Numbered from the stretch's first letter, positions 26,036 through 40,824 are shown. The stretch: 64,000 bases of DNA from Octopus vulgaris (GCA_951406725.2 OX597818.1:31992001-32056000); one strand, 5' to 3'. Notes: generated by a model from the sequence alone, not told the origin. Numbers and translations are program-made.

Positions 26036-26804
26036 TTGATCCTCCTGTATCTTCGTTTACTCAAAGTCAGAAAATCTTCAGTACACCATTGTATTCTTCA
26101 TATAGCATTTCTTTAGCTTTAGAAACAACATTTAAAGTTTGACTACATTTTCTGTGAAAGCAAATATTTCCGTATTTCATTAAAAGCATCGGTTAATCTA
26201 CGTTTCTTTAGTGGTTTCATGTTATTACTTATGAGATAGACATGACTGAATTTGCTTTCATAGGAAGCTATATTCAATGTTTTGCTTTGCTGTTGTTTTT
26301 TTTCTCAAAAAAAAAAACTAAAAGAAAATGATTCGAAGTCTCTTATTTATATAACGAGACGTTATGTTGCTTATGATTTCATGAGCAAATCATTAATAGT
26401 TGAAATGTATTCATCTAAGTTTTGAAAAAATATTTCCTGATTTATTAACCCATGCTCTTTCAAATCAAACTCAAGATCAAATGCAAAGCAGCGCCAAACA
26501 ATATATAAAACTGAGAAATTTAAAGTCTTGCTCATTATAGCTAAATAAAGATTCTTCCTATTATTTATCTTCCTATTATAATTGACTTAAATTTCAGTTT
26601 TAGCTCCATATCGTTATTTTCCTAGTCATTAATGATGTAAAATTTTTAGAAGGCAGACAAATAACTGCGATTATTGGCTTAATTATTTAGCGAAAATAAT
26701 TCAATTATTTATTTCTTACAACAATTTAACGATTTACCTCTGAAAACAAATATTTCTGAAATATACAGAGTATATTCTCATAGTTTATTTAAATTTGTTT
26801 TGAT

Positions 26805-26965
26805 TACTCTTTTATTCTTTTACTCTTTTACTTGATTCAGCCATTTGACTGCGACCATGCTGGAGCACCGCCTTTAGTCGAGCAAATCGACCCCAGGATT
26901 TATTCTTTGGAAGCCTAGTACTTATTCTATCGGTCACTTTTGCCGAACCGCTAAGTTACGGGGAC
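26805..26965 (-). mobile_element. SINE family A, 5'-truncated
   Basis: 3' tail and body match. Confidence 0.85.
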
Positions 26966-27198
26966 CCCGTTACATCAAAAGTGACGGCTAATTGTTGTAT
27001 TTTATATATAAAAAGTGTACAAAAAGGTGAAAAACAATCAAACAATGCTTCAACTGTGTGTGTGTGTGTGTGTTTGTGTGTTTGTGTGTGTGCATATGTA
27101 TACATTTATATGTATGAGTAGCACAATCTGTAGCGAATGCAGTTTTCTATACTTTGTCACAGTCCACTTTCTTCCTTTTTAAGCGTGTCTGTTTTTTA

Positions 27199-27440
27199 CC
27201 TACTATATATGAGGGAAATTCTGTCTGTGGGTGTGTTTGTGGAGTTGTTAACTAACCCCTCCTACATAGTTTTATTGATTTTGATGAAATTTGACACGTG
27301 AGTAGAACTCATGGCTGGAAACCCCATGGCATACTCAGATTGTTGAAAATATTAACAATAGGGCTCCTGGAAGGGATCCTTATATACATCTAATATATTT
27401 TATTTTAAAAACCAAGGGAAATAACCCATTCATTTTCTTA
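27199..27440 (+). mobile_element. Degraded Helitron-type 5' portion
   Basis: ctactatatat start, tctgtctgtg, gattttgatgaaatttgacac similar to 1915-2030; 3' end not found. Confidence 0.4.
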
Positions 27441-29127
27441 AATTATTTAGTAAAAATGAAATTGAGTATGCTTATTTCTTAGTATTTGAACATTTAGAGT
27501 TATTTTCGCAATTTATCCAGTAACAACCATTAAACAACTAAATAGTATTTTCCTAAAAAATAGATCCACATATTTCGGTTAGTGACCTATTCACGAATAT
27601 ACCAACACTAGCGCCCCTGAGGGTAATATTCTCTAGGAATGAACAAAAGCCCTTTTCAGAGTAATTTACTTTGAATTGTTATTATCTCATATCTGATTTG
27701 TCTATTATTACATACCATGCTTCACGATTTTAATATACATACCTTATTAGTATTTCCTACTATGTTCTATATAGTCTGTAGCTCCGGAAAAGGCTTTAGT
27801 CTTTTCCGGGGTTACTTTATTTTTCACGTTATTACATAACTGACTTCACAATTGGTGTATTCAGAACTTATTGAGAATTCCTAAAAGATTACATTTGGTA
27901 ATTTTTTTTTTTATCTAATCAGAGTAGAAATGATAACGCCTTATAATTAACAGAGTTTCCTGGAATGGTGATAAAATGGAAACCACTATTGGTAGTCTGA
28001 AACCGAAGACCTGATTCTCCTGTTTGCATAGAATGGATTCCGCCCAAAATACCTAATAACAGATTAGGGTTTTAAACTGTGCGACGATAAACTTTCTGGA
28101 CACATCATGAGTCATGAGTTAAAATCAGTTGATCTTTGCTGGCAGGACAGAACAATAAGCCAGCCCTATGAGCTTCAAATCACATAGGTTGGTAATTTCG
28201 AAACAAGTTGCTTCTGCTCACTTTTTATTTATTAACTGTTAAGAGTTCCCACTCACGGAATCAGAATGCGTGAAACAGGTGTAGCGAACTTGGACATTTG
28301 ACATGCTAGAATCCTATCATATGCCACTGCCTGTAAATGCTCAAACAGGGCTGATTGTGCATCTGTTCAAACATAACTGATCTGGGTGTGAACAATAACA
28401 CAATCACAATTTACTGAGAGTTAAGAAATGACGAGAAGTATCATATTTGAAACTGAGAAACTTCAGCTGCAAAAACTTCGAGCGGATTTCATATTGTCTG
28501 GCTCCTCCAAATTGTCGCTAGCACTGCATATGTGTCTGCCTAATAGCACCCACGTGAATAGTATTTCTATTCATACAACGTCACCATGCAGTATCAAAAT
28601 ATATTAATACAGAAAACGAGTAACGAATTAAGTAATTCAATGAATTAAACTAAAAAAAACACATGCCGTTACGGTCTGCTTCATATTCCTCTCAAGTAAC
28701 CGTTGTGTGTTTGTATATGTGTATATATGCACTTACGTAAGTAGTATGTATGCACACATACACACACAATATATGTGTGTGTCTGTGTTTGTGTGTGTGT
28801 GTACGCAAGGATAATAGCAGTATGTAAAATATAAGCCACTTATAGTAAGTATCAATGTCAAGAAATCAACCAAGTAAGAATAAGTTTGATTAATAATGTA
28901 ATATATATTTGAACATATGTAACTAGATATCTGCCGGAAATTTTTCCTACATTTTCTGAATAAATTATTATAATTTCTAAACGTTACGAATGGGTTTATG
29001 AAGAAGTTTTACTTTCTTTTTACAATATACTTCAATAGAAAATATAACAAGTCTAAGAATATATGAATGTTTGTAGATGTTTATACACACACAAACTCAC
29101 ACACCGCACATATACACATATATATAC

Positions 29128-29194
<67 letters not shown>

Positions 29195-29428
29195 ATGTGA
29201 GTTATTTTCTGAGTATGCATTGTCTGGAGACTTTTATTTGCAGTTGAAGAAATAGCCAAATTTTTGGCTGCTATTTCTGAAAAGTTCGGTGTGTGGTAAA
29301 GTGAATTTTTTCACTTTACCATATTTTTATAAATTAATACTTCAAATATACCGTAAATGGTCTTTACATACCGAATACTGCTTGGTCGAATTTATTAACA
29401 ATTAATTAATTCTACCCCCTTTTTTGAT

Positions 29429-29462
<34 letters not shown>

Positions 29463-29700
29463 GTTCATACATGCATTTATATGTACTAGCGTATGAATAT
29501 ATATATTTCTGTAATTTGGTTGCTTCATTTTGCCGAAGAAACACACAATGGTTGTATTTCACTTAAACTAATTAGATATTTAAGTTATTTTGTCATTTCT
29601 ATCAGTGTAACTACTCCTCTATTTCTTCCATCTTGATGCATCTAGTTATCTTTTTCGTATCTATTAATTCTTCTTCGATACAGTTAACCTCCTATTTCTT

Positions 29701-29929
29701 ATTTCTTTACTGCCCACGAGGGGCTACACATAGAGGGGACAAACAAGAAAAGACAGACGGATTAAGTTGATTACATCGAACCCAGTACGTAACTGGTACT
29801 TATTTAATCGACCCCGAAAGGATAAAAGGTAAAGTCGACCTAGGCGCAATTTGAACTTAGAACGTAGCGGCAGACGAAATACCGCTATGCATTTCACCCG
29901 GCAGCCACCTTTAGTTAGAAATAGGAGTG
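29701..29929 (-). mobile_element. SINE family B monomer with TSD
   Basis: Family B sequence; aacctcctatttct at 29687-29700 and 29930-29943. Confidence 0.8.
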
Positions 29930-30044
29930 AACCTCCTATTTCTGCAGGGATACATCTGTTTCTTAACACAAATAGTGATTGTTTTAATTAATATATAAAT
30001 ACAATATGAAATAATAAACACAAGCAACATATTACAAAATATTA

Positions 30045-30436
30045 CTGCCATTTGACTGCGGCCATGCTGGAGCACCGCCTTTAGTCGAGCAAATTGACCC
30101 CAGGACTTATTCTTTGTAAGCCTGGTACTTATTCTGTCGGTGTCTTTTGCCGAACCGCTAAGTTACGGGGAAGTAAACACACCACCATCGGTTGTCAAGC
30201 GATGTTGGGAGTGACAAACACAGACACGAACACACACACACACACACACACATACATATATACATATATATACGATGGGGTTCTTTCAACTTCCGTCTAC
30301 CAAATCCACTCACAAGGCTTTGTCCGGCCCGAGGCTATAGTAGAAGACACTTACCCAAGTTTCCACACTGTAGGAATGAACCCGGAACCATGTGGTTGGT
30401 AAGCAAGCTATTTGCTACGCAGCCACTCCTGCGCCT
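30045..30436 (-). mobile_element. SINE family A
   Basis: Reverse-complement match to family A. Confidence 0.9.
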
Positions 30437-31504
30437 ATATTATAATGTATTATTAAATTAGTATTCGAGAAAGTAAGATTTGAATCTACTCCCCAAAATA
30501 CTTCAACTTAAATATCCAAACTTGATTGGGTTTCATAACTGATCCCTTTCAAAAACGATTTCTTCTTTTATATACTTCTCAAAACACATATTTTATTTTT
30601 AATTCTCTCCAGGATTCCGGAGTAAATATGCATTACTCGCATGAAACTCTTCGGGTTATTTATGAAATTTCAATTGTATTACCTTAAGAAGATTGGTAAA
30701 CATTAAAAGAGTTTTATTTTTTATTGCATGAAATATTGTTTTGTAATTCATGTACATTTAAAATAATAAACATTTATATTATTATATAGCATTGTATTAT
30801 ATTATATTATATTATATTATATTAATGCATTTGTGTATGTTAGTTAAATATATTTAATAAAATATAATATTCCACATTTTGTATAACATTTTTTGGTTAT
30901 AAATTATCACAGTGATACCAATTTACAATATTCGAATTTAATTAAATTATATAAATTTCATGTTTTTACATAATAAATTTGATATATACTTTTAAGATCA
31001 CAGTCGATAGGGGAAATCTGCTTGCAAAAGGAAATATTATGTATGAAAAACATCAAGTGAAAGATTTTGTGGATATTTTTTGGAATAAACTATCAAACAT
31101 GTTACGACGATAATATTGACAGACTGGCCGAACTAAATGGATTCCAATACAAATAAGCTAAATGAAAAATTGTTTGTCGATTCTTCATAGCAAGCCTTAT
31201 ACTTAATCTTATTGTGTATTATACCATCTGTATTCTTTATAAGTATAAAAAGGAATCCCTTAAAATATATATTTGGTTGACTTTTTTTCGTTTCAGAATA
31301 ATATCTCTCATACTTGAAATTCAAACTGGTTGTATAAAATATCCACGTATTCTATGGTCACTGTATAGGAAATTTGATTCATGCTATATAAGACAAAAAA
31401 TTGGTCGGAAAAGACTGAAAAACGGAGACTGAGCGACCAGTTGTGTGAAACATAGTATGGGATGCATATATATGCTTGTGTGTACACACGATGTTATTGT
31501 GCTT

Positions 31505-31875
31505 TGGAAGCACTCCGTCGGTTACGACGATGAGGGTTCCGGTTGATCCGAATCAACGGAACAGCCTGCTCGTGAAATTAACGTGTAAGTGGCTGAGCAC
31601 TCCACAGACACGTGCACTCGGGGATATTCAGTGTGACACAGAGAGTGACAAGGCCGGCCGCTTGAAATACAGGTACAACAGAAACAGGAAGTAAGAGTGA
31701 GAGAAAGTTGTGGTGAAAGAGTACAGCAGGGATCACCACCATCCCCTGCCGGAGCGTCGTGGAGCTTTTAGGTGTTTTCGCTCAATAAACACTCACAACG
31801 CCCGGTCTGGGAATCGAAACCGCGATCCTATGACCGCGAGTCCGCTGCCCTAACCACTGGGCCATTGCGCCTCCA
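31505..31875 (-). mobile_element. tRNA-derived SINE (head type 1 + tail type X)
   Basis: Head matches 5063-5255, tail matches 6606-6790. Confidence 0.8.
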
Positions 31876-32333
31876 CTATTGTGCTTAGCAGGTAATGGAA
31901 TGTCGTAGTATGCACAGCCGCTATCTAAGTACATTTTTTTTTTTACATAAAACCGCGCATGAAATAACAGTTACAAATATTTTCTGAACAGCCATATAGG
32001 AGAATAATAAGAACATTCAATCCGTTGCACGTTTTGGTGGTTGTATATGTGTATAGAAGAGAGAATAAGGAACAGACAGATAAACAAACGTAGCGGCAAC
32101 TAGCTTAAAAGTAACATTAAGCACGACAGAAACATTTCTATCTTAACCCCTTAATGGATCAATTATTTTGACATGGCGTTTCATTTCAGAGCATATTTTT
32201 TTAATTTTTTTAATTATATACACTGTATTAATTACAAAAAAAGTTTATCTTGTTTCTTTTATTTTTTATTATAGAAATTAAAATGTACTTTTACTCATTT
32301 GGATTTAAACGAGTTAACTCGGACATTGAAAAA

Positions 32334-32686
32334 ATACATATATCTTAACTATCTTCGATTTTTTATAAGATGCATTGCTTTTAAATCAAAAGAATTTTTT
32401 TTTTTTAAACGAGATAGACAGTTTATTTAGAATGATAATTTTTAAAACAAGGAGTTACACACAAAGTTATCTTGCAGACATCACACATGTATCTACTTTC
32501 GCTTCGAATCTTGTTTCCTTTAGCGTCTCTCTTCTCTGCGCATTTTGCAGAGATAACTTTGTGAGTAACTCCTTGTTTTAAAAATCATCATTCTAAATAA
32601 ACTGCCTATCTCATTAAAAAAAAAATTCCTTTGATTTAAAAGCAATGAATCTTATAAAAAATCGAAGATGGTTAAGTTATATGTAT
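32334..32686. repeat. AT-rich inverted repeat, ~143-bp arms, ~65-bp spacer
   Basis: tttttaaaacaaggagttacacacaaagttatc vs gataactttgtgagtaactccttgttttaaaaa; tcttcgattttttataagat vs atcttataaaaaatcgaaga. Confidence 0.85.
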
Positions 32687-32729
32687 GAGCACTGTATATA
32701 ACAATTTTTTGCATATATATATGTATATA

Positions 32730-32830
32730 CTAGCAGTATAACCCGGCTTTGCCCGGAATTACGTTAGGATTAAGTTAGGATTATTAAGTTAATCAAGTTC
32801 TTTATTTCAAACAACTTAGTAATAAATATA
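32730..32830 (-). mobile_element. Helitron-type 3' terminus
   Basis: Minus strand ccgggcaaagccgggttatactgCTAG-t, matching the end at 2271-2299. Confidence 0.6.
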
Positions 32831-33289
32831 TATATATATATATGGGTATCACACACATACACACATGTACGTACACCTATTGCATACATGTTTTTTGTAC
32901 ACATACATGTTCATGGGTGTGTCTATGTGTTGCCCGTATATCAACAAAACACTTTTTTCCTCGATGGAAAAAAAACAACAAAAGTCTTAACAAAACCTCA
33001 CTCGTCACTAGAAGTGGACTTAATTCCTGTTTGCAAACAATGGTGATTTCATCGATTTGAAAATTGTTAAAAGTTTTGGTTGAAAATTTATTTTTACTGC
33101 TATTCGCCGGTGCCTCTGGTAAGGATAAGTTGACGAAAGTACAACTAGGATCATGACGAATGTCCTCCTAAAATTGGAGCGACATGCGTGCAAATTTGTG
33201 GACGTGCATAAATTACATTTATGTACACACACACACACACACATCCTTCCTTTTATATATATATATATATATACATACATATATATATG

Positions 33290-33454
33290 TATACACACAT
33301 ACATACATACATATATCATACATACATACATAAATTCATACATACATACATACATACATACATACATACAAACATACATACATACATACATACATACATA
33401 CATACATACATACATACATACATACATACATACATACATACATACATACATACA

Positions 33455-33485
<31 letters not shown>

Positions 33486-34697
33486 CTATGTGGAGCAAAG
33501 TATCGCTGAACTTGAGTTCGTGGGGAGAGAAAGCAAATTTTTAATTCATACACTACAAATGATGACGATATCTGAGACTATAAAAATCTGCAACACCATC
33601 TTAAGATTTAAATGATGATAAACAAAACAAAATTATTTCCTTCACAACCTTGCTACCAAGCAGGTGGCCGGTCAAAATTAATTCTAAATTAAAAAGAGAA
33701 AGATAAGCTACATACATACATACATACATACATACATGCACACATAAATACATACATACATGCATACATACATGCATGCATGCATGCATACATACATACA
33801 TACATGCATGCATACATACATACATACATACATACATTCATACATGTATGCATACATACATACATGCATGCATGCATACATACATACATGCATACATACA
33901 TACATACATACATGCATGCATGCATACATACATACATATATGCATACATACATACATGCATACAGGCATACATGGATACATACATACATACAAACATATA
34001 TACATACATACATACATACATACATACATACATACATACATACATACATACATACATACATACATAGACACAAAGAAGGGAGAACAGGCAATAAGGCAAT
34101 AAGGGTTTGCTCTGTTTCTGATCAACAAAGAAGATATGAATTTGTCTTCAACCAATTTTATCTTGCCTGTTCCTTAACCATCAAATGGAAAATCTGCTCA
34201 GCAAACTAAAAAAAAGAAAATCAAAAATACTATGAAACCAACTCTAATCAGTCAAAAATATAAGCCTACCTACAAACAAATTTCAAATACCTAAATACCT
34301 AGATACCATTTCACTTTGAAAGTAAGCTGAACAGTGCAAGGGTCACGAAAACAGATGTTACATACGTCACACACTAGTACAAAATTGTTCATGTTGACGA
34401 GATTATGTCTCTGTTTCGAGAAGATATTTATTTAAGAGAAGATAATCCCAGCTATTATTAGGAAAATTCTTGAACTATGCATAAATTCTATCTATGTATA
34501 TGATCACAGAGAGGCAAGCTCACAGAATACGCACTCACTCAGAGTGAGGGAGACAAATAAACAGTGTTATGAAACAAAAAGACATGTAATTAAGCGAGTT
34601 GATACTAATGTCTAACAGTATACATACAGTTTAAACTCGAAGAAAAATATTTTAAATAAGTGTAATATCTTACAATCTTCAAATGTATCTAAAATAA

Positions 34698-34793
<96 letters not shown>

Positions 34794-35984
34794 ACACACA
34801 CACACACAAAGTTCCTTTCAGTTCCATTTACCAGATTCACTCACTCAAGATGTTAGGCAGCGAGACTTAACCAGGAACTACGTGTTCGGAAGGCAAACTA
34901 CTAACCACACAGACACGCCTACCTCCATCCATCCATACAAACATACATACATAAATACATACATGCATACATACATACATACATACATACATACATACAT
35001 ACATACATACATACATACATACATACATACATACATACATGCATGCATACATACATACATACATACATACATGCATGCATGCATGCATACATACATACAT
35101 AAATACATACATGCATGCATACATACATACATACATACATACATACATACATGCATGCATACAAACATACATACATACATGCATGCATACATACATACAT
35201 ACATGCATGCATACATACATGAATGCATACATACATACATACATAAATACATACATGCATACATGCATACATACATACATGCATGCATGCATACATATAT
35301 ACATACATGCATACATACATACATACATACATACATACATGCATACATACATACATGCATACATGCATACATACATACATGCATGCATGCATACATATAT
35401 ACATACATGCATACATACATCCATCCATACAAACATACATACATAAATACATACATGCATACATACATACATACATACATACATACATGAATGCATACAT
35501 AGATACATACATACATGCATGCATACATACATACATACATACATGCATGCATACATACATACATACATACATACATACATGCATGCATGCATGCATACAT
35601 ACATACATAAATACATACATGCATGCATACATACATACATACATACATACATACATACATACATACATGCATGCATACAAACATACATACATACATGCAT
35701 GCATACATACATACATACATGCATGCATACATACATGAATGCATACATACATACATACATAAATACATACATGCATACATGCATACATACATACATGCAT
35801 GCATGCATACATATATACATACATGCATACATACATACATACATACATACATGCATACATACATACATGCATACATGCATACATACATACATACATGCAT
35901 GCATACATACATACATACACACACATACATACATACCTACCTACCTACCTACATTCATACATACATACATACATACATTCATGT

Positions 35985-36020
<36 letters not shown>
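33290..36020. repeat. Large (TACA)n/(TGCA)n microsatellite fields plus (CA)n at 34680-34810
   Basis: Tracts at 33290-33485, 33708-34066 and 34925-35980. Confidence 0.95.
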
Positions 36021-36025
<5 letters not shown>

Positions 36026-36644
36026 TTTATAAGGTGGCGAGCCTTACGGCATTTCGTCCGTCTTTATGTTATGAGTTCAATTTCCACAAGGTCGTCTTTG
36101 CATTTTATCCTCTTGGGGTCGATATATTCAGTACCACTTAAGCACTGGGGGTCAATGTAATCGACTAGCACCTTCCCTGCGGAATTTGAACACAGAATAT
36201 AAAGACGGACGAATTTTTTTTTTTTTTTTGCCCGGTGTGCTAACGATGCTGTCAACTCGCTGGTTTTATCATACTAATTAAAATCAAACAAGCAATAATG
36301 ATGTGTTTTGTAATCTACAATGTACTACTCGTGTGTAAATTTAAATGCTTTTAGTATTTTTTATTCATTGTGGTGGCTGTTTTGTCAGTGGGATATGTGA
36401 ATAACTAACAGAAGTACTCTTCCTAAGGGAGAAAGCTATCCCGTAGATTTCCTCTTATAAAGCTTCCTGTAATTGCCGTTGGTGATGGCTGCACTTTTAA
36501 GAGAATGACAAATAACAAGTTTTGAAACTATATTTAGTAAAACTAAAGATAAATTAATTAATAACCATATTGACGATGAAGTTTATGATAACCAAGCTAA
36601 CAATATTCAATGATGCATTTTTCTATGCTTCCTCCATTCATGTT

Positions 36645-37047
36645 ACTCTTCTACTCTTTTACTTGTTTCAGTCATTTGACTGGCCATGCTGGAGCACTGC
36701 CTTTAGTCGAGCAAATCGCCCCCAGGACTTATTGTTTGTCAGCCTAGTACTTATTCTATCGGTCTCTTTTGCAGAACCGCTAGGTTACGGGCACGTAAAC
36801 ACACCAGCATCGGTTGTCAAGCGATGTTGGCGGGACAAACACAGACACACAAACATATATACACACATACATACACACATATATATATATATGTACATAT
36901 ATACGATGGGCTTCTTTCAGTTTCCGTCTACCAAATCCACTAACAAGGCTTTGGTTGGCCCGAGGCTTTAGTAGAAGATACTTGCACAGGGTGCCACGCA
37001 GTGGGACTGAACCCGGGACCATGTGGCTGGTAAACAAGCTACTTACC
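36645..37047 (-). mobile_element. SINE family A
   Basis: Reverse-complement match to family A. Confidence 0.9.
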
Positions 37048-37204
37048 ACACAGCCACTCATGCGCCTGTCAGCAATAATAATATAAGAGGAATATAAGAA
37101 AATTCTTTAAATATCGCAAAAAGGGAATATGGAGGAGTAATAGAAAGGAAGCGGAACAAGAGTTTATAAGACCTACAGAGAATTGAAGATAAGTTTAATG
37201 TTGG

Positions 37205-37364
37205 AAGTGTGGTAAGTAGCTTGCTTACGAGCCACATGGTTCCGTGTTCAGTCCCACTGCATGGCACCTTGGGCAAGTGTCTTCTACTATAGCCTCGGGC
37301 CGACCAAAGCCTTGTGAGTGGATTTGGTAGACGGAAACTGAGAGAAGCCCGTCGTATATACGTA

Positions 37365-37433
<69 letters not shown>

Positions 37434-37643
37434 ATGTGTGTGTGTGTGTGTGTGTTTGTTTGTCCTCCCAACATCGCTTGACAACTGATACCGGTGTGTT
37501 TACGTCCCCGTAACTTAGCGGTTCGGCAAAAGAGACCGATAGAATAAGTACTAGGCTTACAAACAATAAGTCCTGGGGTCAATTTGCTCGACTAAAGGCA
37601 GTGCTCCAGCATGGCCGCAGTCAACCGACTGAAACAAATAACA
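37205..37643 (+). mobile_element. SINE family A
   Basis: Match to family A; head-to-head with 36645-37047. Confidence 0.9.
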
Positions 37644-38779
37644 GAGTGAAAGTGTAAAAGAGAACTTCAGCTCAGCCTTGATTGAGCAAACCTTTGATTT
37701 AAGGCAATCCGTCCATACCCGTCACTTCATTCTCCTAACTAGAGTGCACCCAGGGTAACATTATCGAAACTGTCATCTATTGCACTAGGGAGTGATTTAA
37801 GAGAGAAGTGATTGTTATTTTTACCCAATCAAGCGACCGCGTATAGGCTCCATAGTTAAGAGAAGTAATTGGACAAGAGAATGAAAAACAGGAGTAAGAC
37901 TAGCAACTAGATCGAAGAAATAGAAGGAGAGAGAAAGTGACAGAGAATGACGCACGAATGGTTATGTAATTTGCGGACAGCATATAATCATCTTAGTGTT
38001 GATTGCACAAAATGTCATTTACGTAACAGTTGTATGCCTGCCTTTGAGAGCGTGAAGAATATGAATGACCGTGTTTCGTCTACGTGAGAATATCTGATGC
38101 ACGTTCACACACATCTGTCTCTCCCTATATATAAATATATAGAGAGAGACACAGAAAGAAATTGATGAAATGGAGATAGACAGGAAAGAGAAAAATTTCG
38201 TAACACATCTAAAATAAATTCGGAAGTTATTAATAAACCTTCTGAAAAAAGATACATGTCCTACAACCAAAGGAACCATACATGCTTTCTTAGGCAGACA
38301 GCTATAGAAGAAGACTAAAAGATTAATGACTTATATATGATTAATTAATTCGTATACTTTGTGATAAGTAACGTTCAATAACTTACGGTTCAATAATTTC
38401 AATAATAACATCTCAAAATGATTGATTCTGGATAGTGAGTGATATGTAATTAGGTTAACTGGCAGAGCATGTGTGGTTCTGATTGAATCAAAATTAATTG
38501 TAATTTCTCATAGTAGAAACTGTGATCCTTTCTGATGCTGAACTTTGCGTGTATCTTTCTCATGCTTACATTTTCATAAGACTTCGACAGATAGACATTA
38601 TTATAGGTATGTATATGTACATATACATCATATACATATTAAGTATAATTATGTATGCAAGTATGTATCTATGTATACCCCCCCCCCCACATATACATAT
38701 GTATATATGCATTTGTATATGTATATATATACATATATATGTGTGTGTATATATATCTGCATGCATACATACTATCATA

Positions 38780-38930
38780 TATATTTACATTTGACGGATA
38801 TTTGCCCTCATCTTGTTTGTTGTTAACACAACGTTTCGGCTGATGTACTCTCCAGCCTTCATCAAGTGCTCTGGGGGGAATTTTGAACCTGGGTTCTCAT
38901 TCCTAAGGTATTTTCCGATGTTATTAATAT
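38780..38930 (-). mobile_element. Short HHR-bearing element adjacent to TA-rich tract (Penelope-like pLTR remnant)
   Basis: Higher-complexity island next to TA repeats, containing the HHR motif below. Confidence 0.6.
38826..38869 (-). ncRNA. Minimal type I hammerhead motif (C3 position mutated)
   Basis: Minus strand: gcac-TTGATGA-a-ggctg(gagagtacat)cagcc-GAAA-cg-TT-gtgt. Confidence 0.65.
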
Positions 38931-39169
38931 CTGTCGAAGTCTTGTTATGTGCTGCACGGAATTTTGTCAGTGAACAGGTCACGGTCTCAAAGCGACGAAA
39001 ATAATTTGGCAAATGTGTGTGAGTGTGTGTATGTGTGTGTTTGCGTGCGTGCGTGTGTGTTTGTATGTGTATATGTTTCCTTGTGCGCGTGCTTTACTAA
39101 ATAAGTACACATCTGTATATAGATATATATGCGTGTATATTTGTGTGCGTATGTACGTACGTATGTCAT

Positions 39170-39390
39170 TGTTCAGTTTTATTTTAAGATTTCTTACCAA
39201 TAAAAAAGAGCCAATTTCTAACCTAGATCCAAGGCTCCTTCACTGGAATTTGAACATCAACAACAGGGTATTTTTGTATGTTTGTATGTATGTATGTATG
39301 TATGTAATTATTCAGTTTTATTTCAAGATTTCTTGCCAATAGAGAAAGCTCCTTCATTGGAATTTCTACATCAACAATAGGGTATTTTAG
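39170..39390. repeat. Local tandem duplication of an unclassified repeat, each unit followed by (TATG)n
   Basis: ttcagttttattt.aagatttctt.ccaata and gctccttca.tggaattt..acatcaacaa.agggtatttt occur twice. Confidence 0.55.
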
Positions 39391-40824
39391 TTTGCATGTA
39401 TGTGTATGTGCAGATTTGTATGATTTGTGTTATGTATGTCTTCTGATGCATATAATTGCATATCTAGACAAGTTCATATTTAATTAAATTATAAACTTCT
39501 GTAAAGTTTTACAGATTTCTACAGTTCCAGTGAGGAAATGGATTAGTAGTCTTCGAATTAGCTTCTCCTTTCTGGTTTTGAGAAGCCTCATTCCTCAAGA
39601 TTGGTATTGAGGCAGTTTGTTACATATCCCAATCTTAGTCTTAAAAAGTCTTGGGGTTCTAACTGCAGTATATATGTATGTATATATGTATGTTTACTAA
39701 TAGGAACTATGGCAAGTCGAAACGATGTTCAATTGGTCAAGAATTTTGGAGTATCACAAGGTCACGTGTCTGTTGAATGTTTTTATATGACATCAACATC
39801 GAGATAATGCGGGAGGATGAGGGAAGAGCAGATTTAGAGACAGAAAAACAAAAAGAAAATTGCTTGTGTCTGTGGTTAAGTGTGCGTATGTCTGTGTGTG
39901 TGTACATGAAAGCGAAAGAGAAGAAAATAAAAGGGAGTCCACGAACAAAGAAATAAGTTCTTCAAAAATGTCTAAATGCCGCTTAGAAAGGACAGAAACT
40001 GCTTGGTATTAGACTAAGGCTGTTTTTTTTTTCATCGTTTTAGTGCCAGGGGATCATGAAATTCTGTTTGCATGTCTACGAGCGTGCGTACGTGCGTACG
40101 TGCACGCATGCATGTGTGTGTGTGTGTGTGTGTGTGTATGCGAGAGAGAGAGAGAAAGAGAGATAGAGACAGACAGACAGACAGACAGACAGATAGATAG
40201 ATAGACAGACAGAGGGTTGTGTCCGTTTCTATCTGTGCTTCCTTGTGTTTGTATGTGTATATGTTAGCATGTATATATGTTAGTATGTGTATATGTTTGT
40301 ATGTGTATATGTTAGTATGTATATATGTTAGTATGTGTATATGTTAGTATGTGACCATTTCTAATTTCAGAGGAGGAACGAACGTCTACGCCAATATCTG
40401 ACCTTAACCAATCAAATGACATTTCCGGTGTCTTGCTTTCATTATCAGCTTCGCGCCGCCATATCTACACCCTTGTAACTTTTGATGGAAACCAGACAAA
40501 TTTGATACTAGTTGTGTCTTTGTCTGCCCCTTTACCTCCGCCTGTACCCGTCTGTGGCCTGTCCAGTAGCTGGACTTTCTGTATGTTACTCCCAATCTTT
40601 TAACCCCCGTCACTCTCTGTTCTGTTGTCCCTTCTTTCAAGAATTCTTATTCTCTTTTCTCTTCTCTTCGTCTGTTTCATGTCTAAATGTTTGTCGCCAA
40701 TTGTGATATATTTTCTCTTTTTCTTCTTAATTCCAGTTCTGCTGCGCGCGTCTGTACACACACTCAAATTCACAGTTTCATGGTCTGTCCGTCTCTTATC
40801 TGTCTGTCTGTTTGTCTGTCTCTC

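Noticed and set aside
34867-36160. Long ORFs (up to 355 aa) of MYVC/HTYI repeats, and similar ORFs throughout the window
   Set aside because: Translations of (TACA)n, (TA)n and (CA)n microsatellites that lack stop codons; open in several frames at once.
40369-40620. GC-richer unique segment after an acceptor-like ttctaatttcag
   Set aside because: No recognisable protein in any frame and no clear donor; cannot support an exon call.
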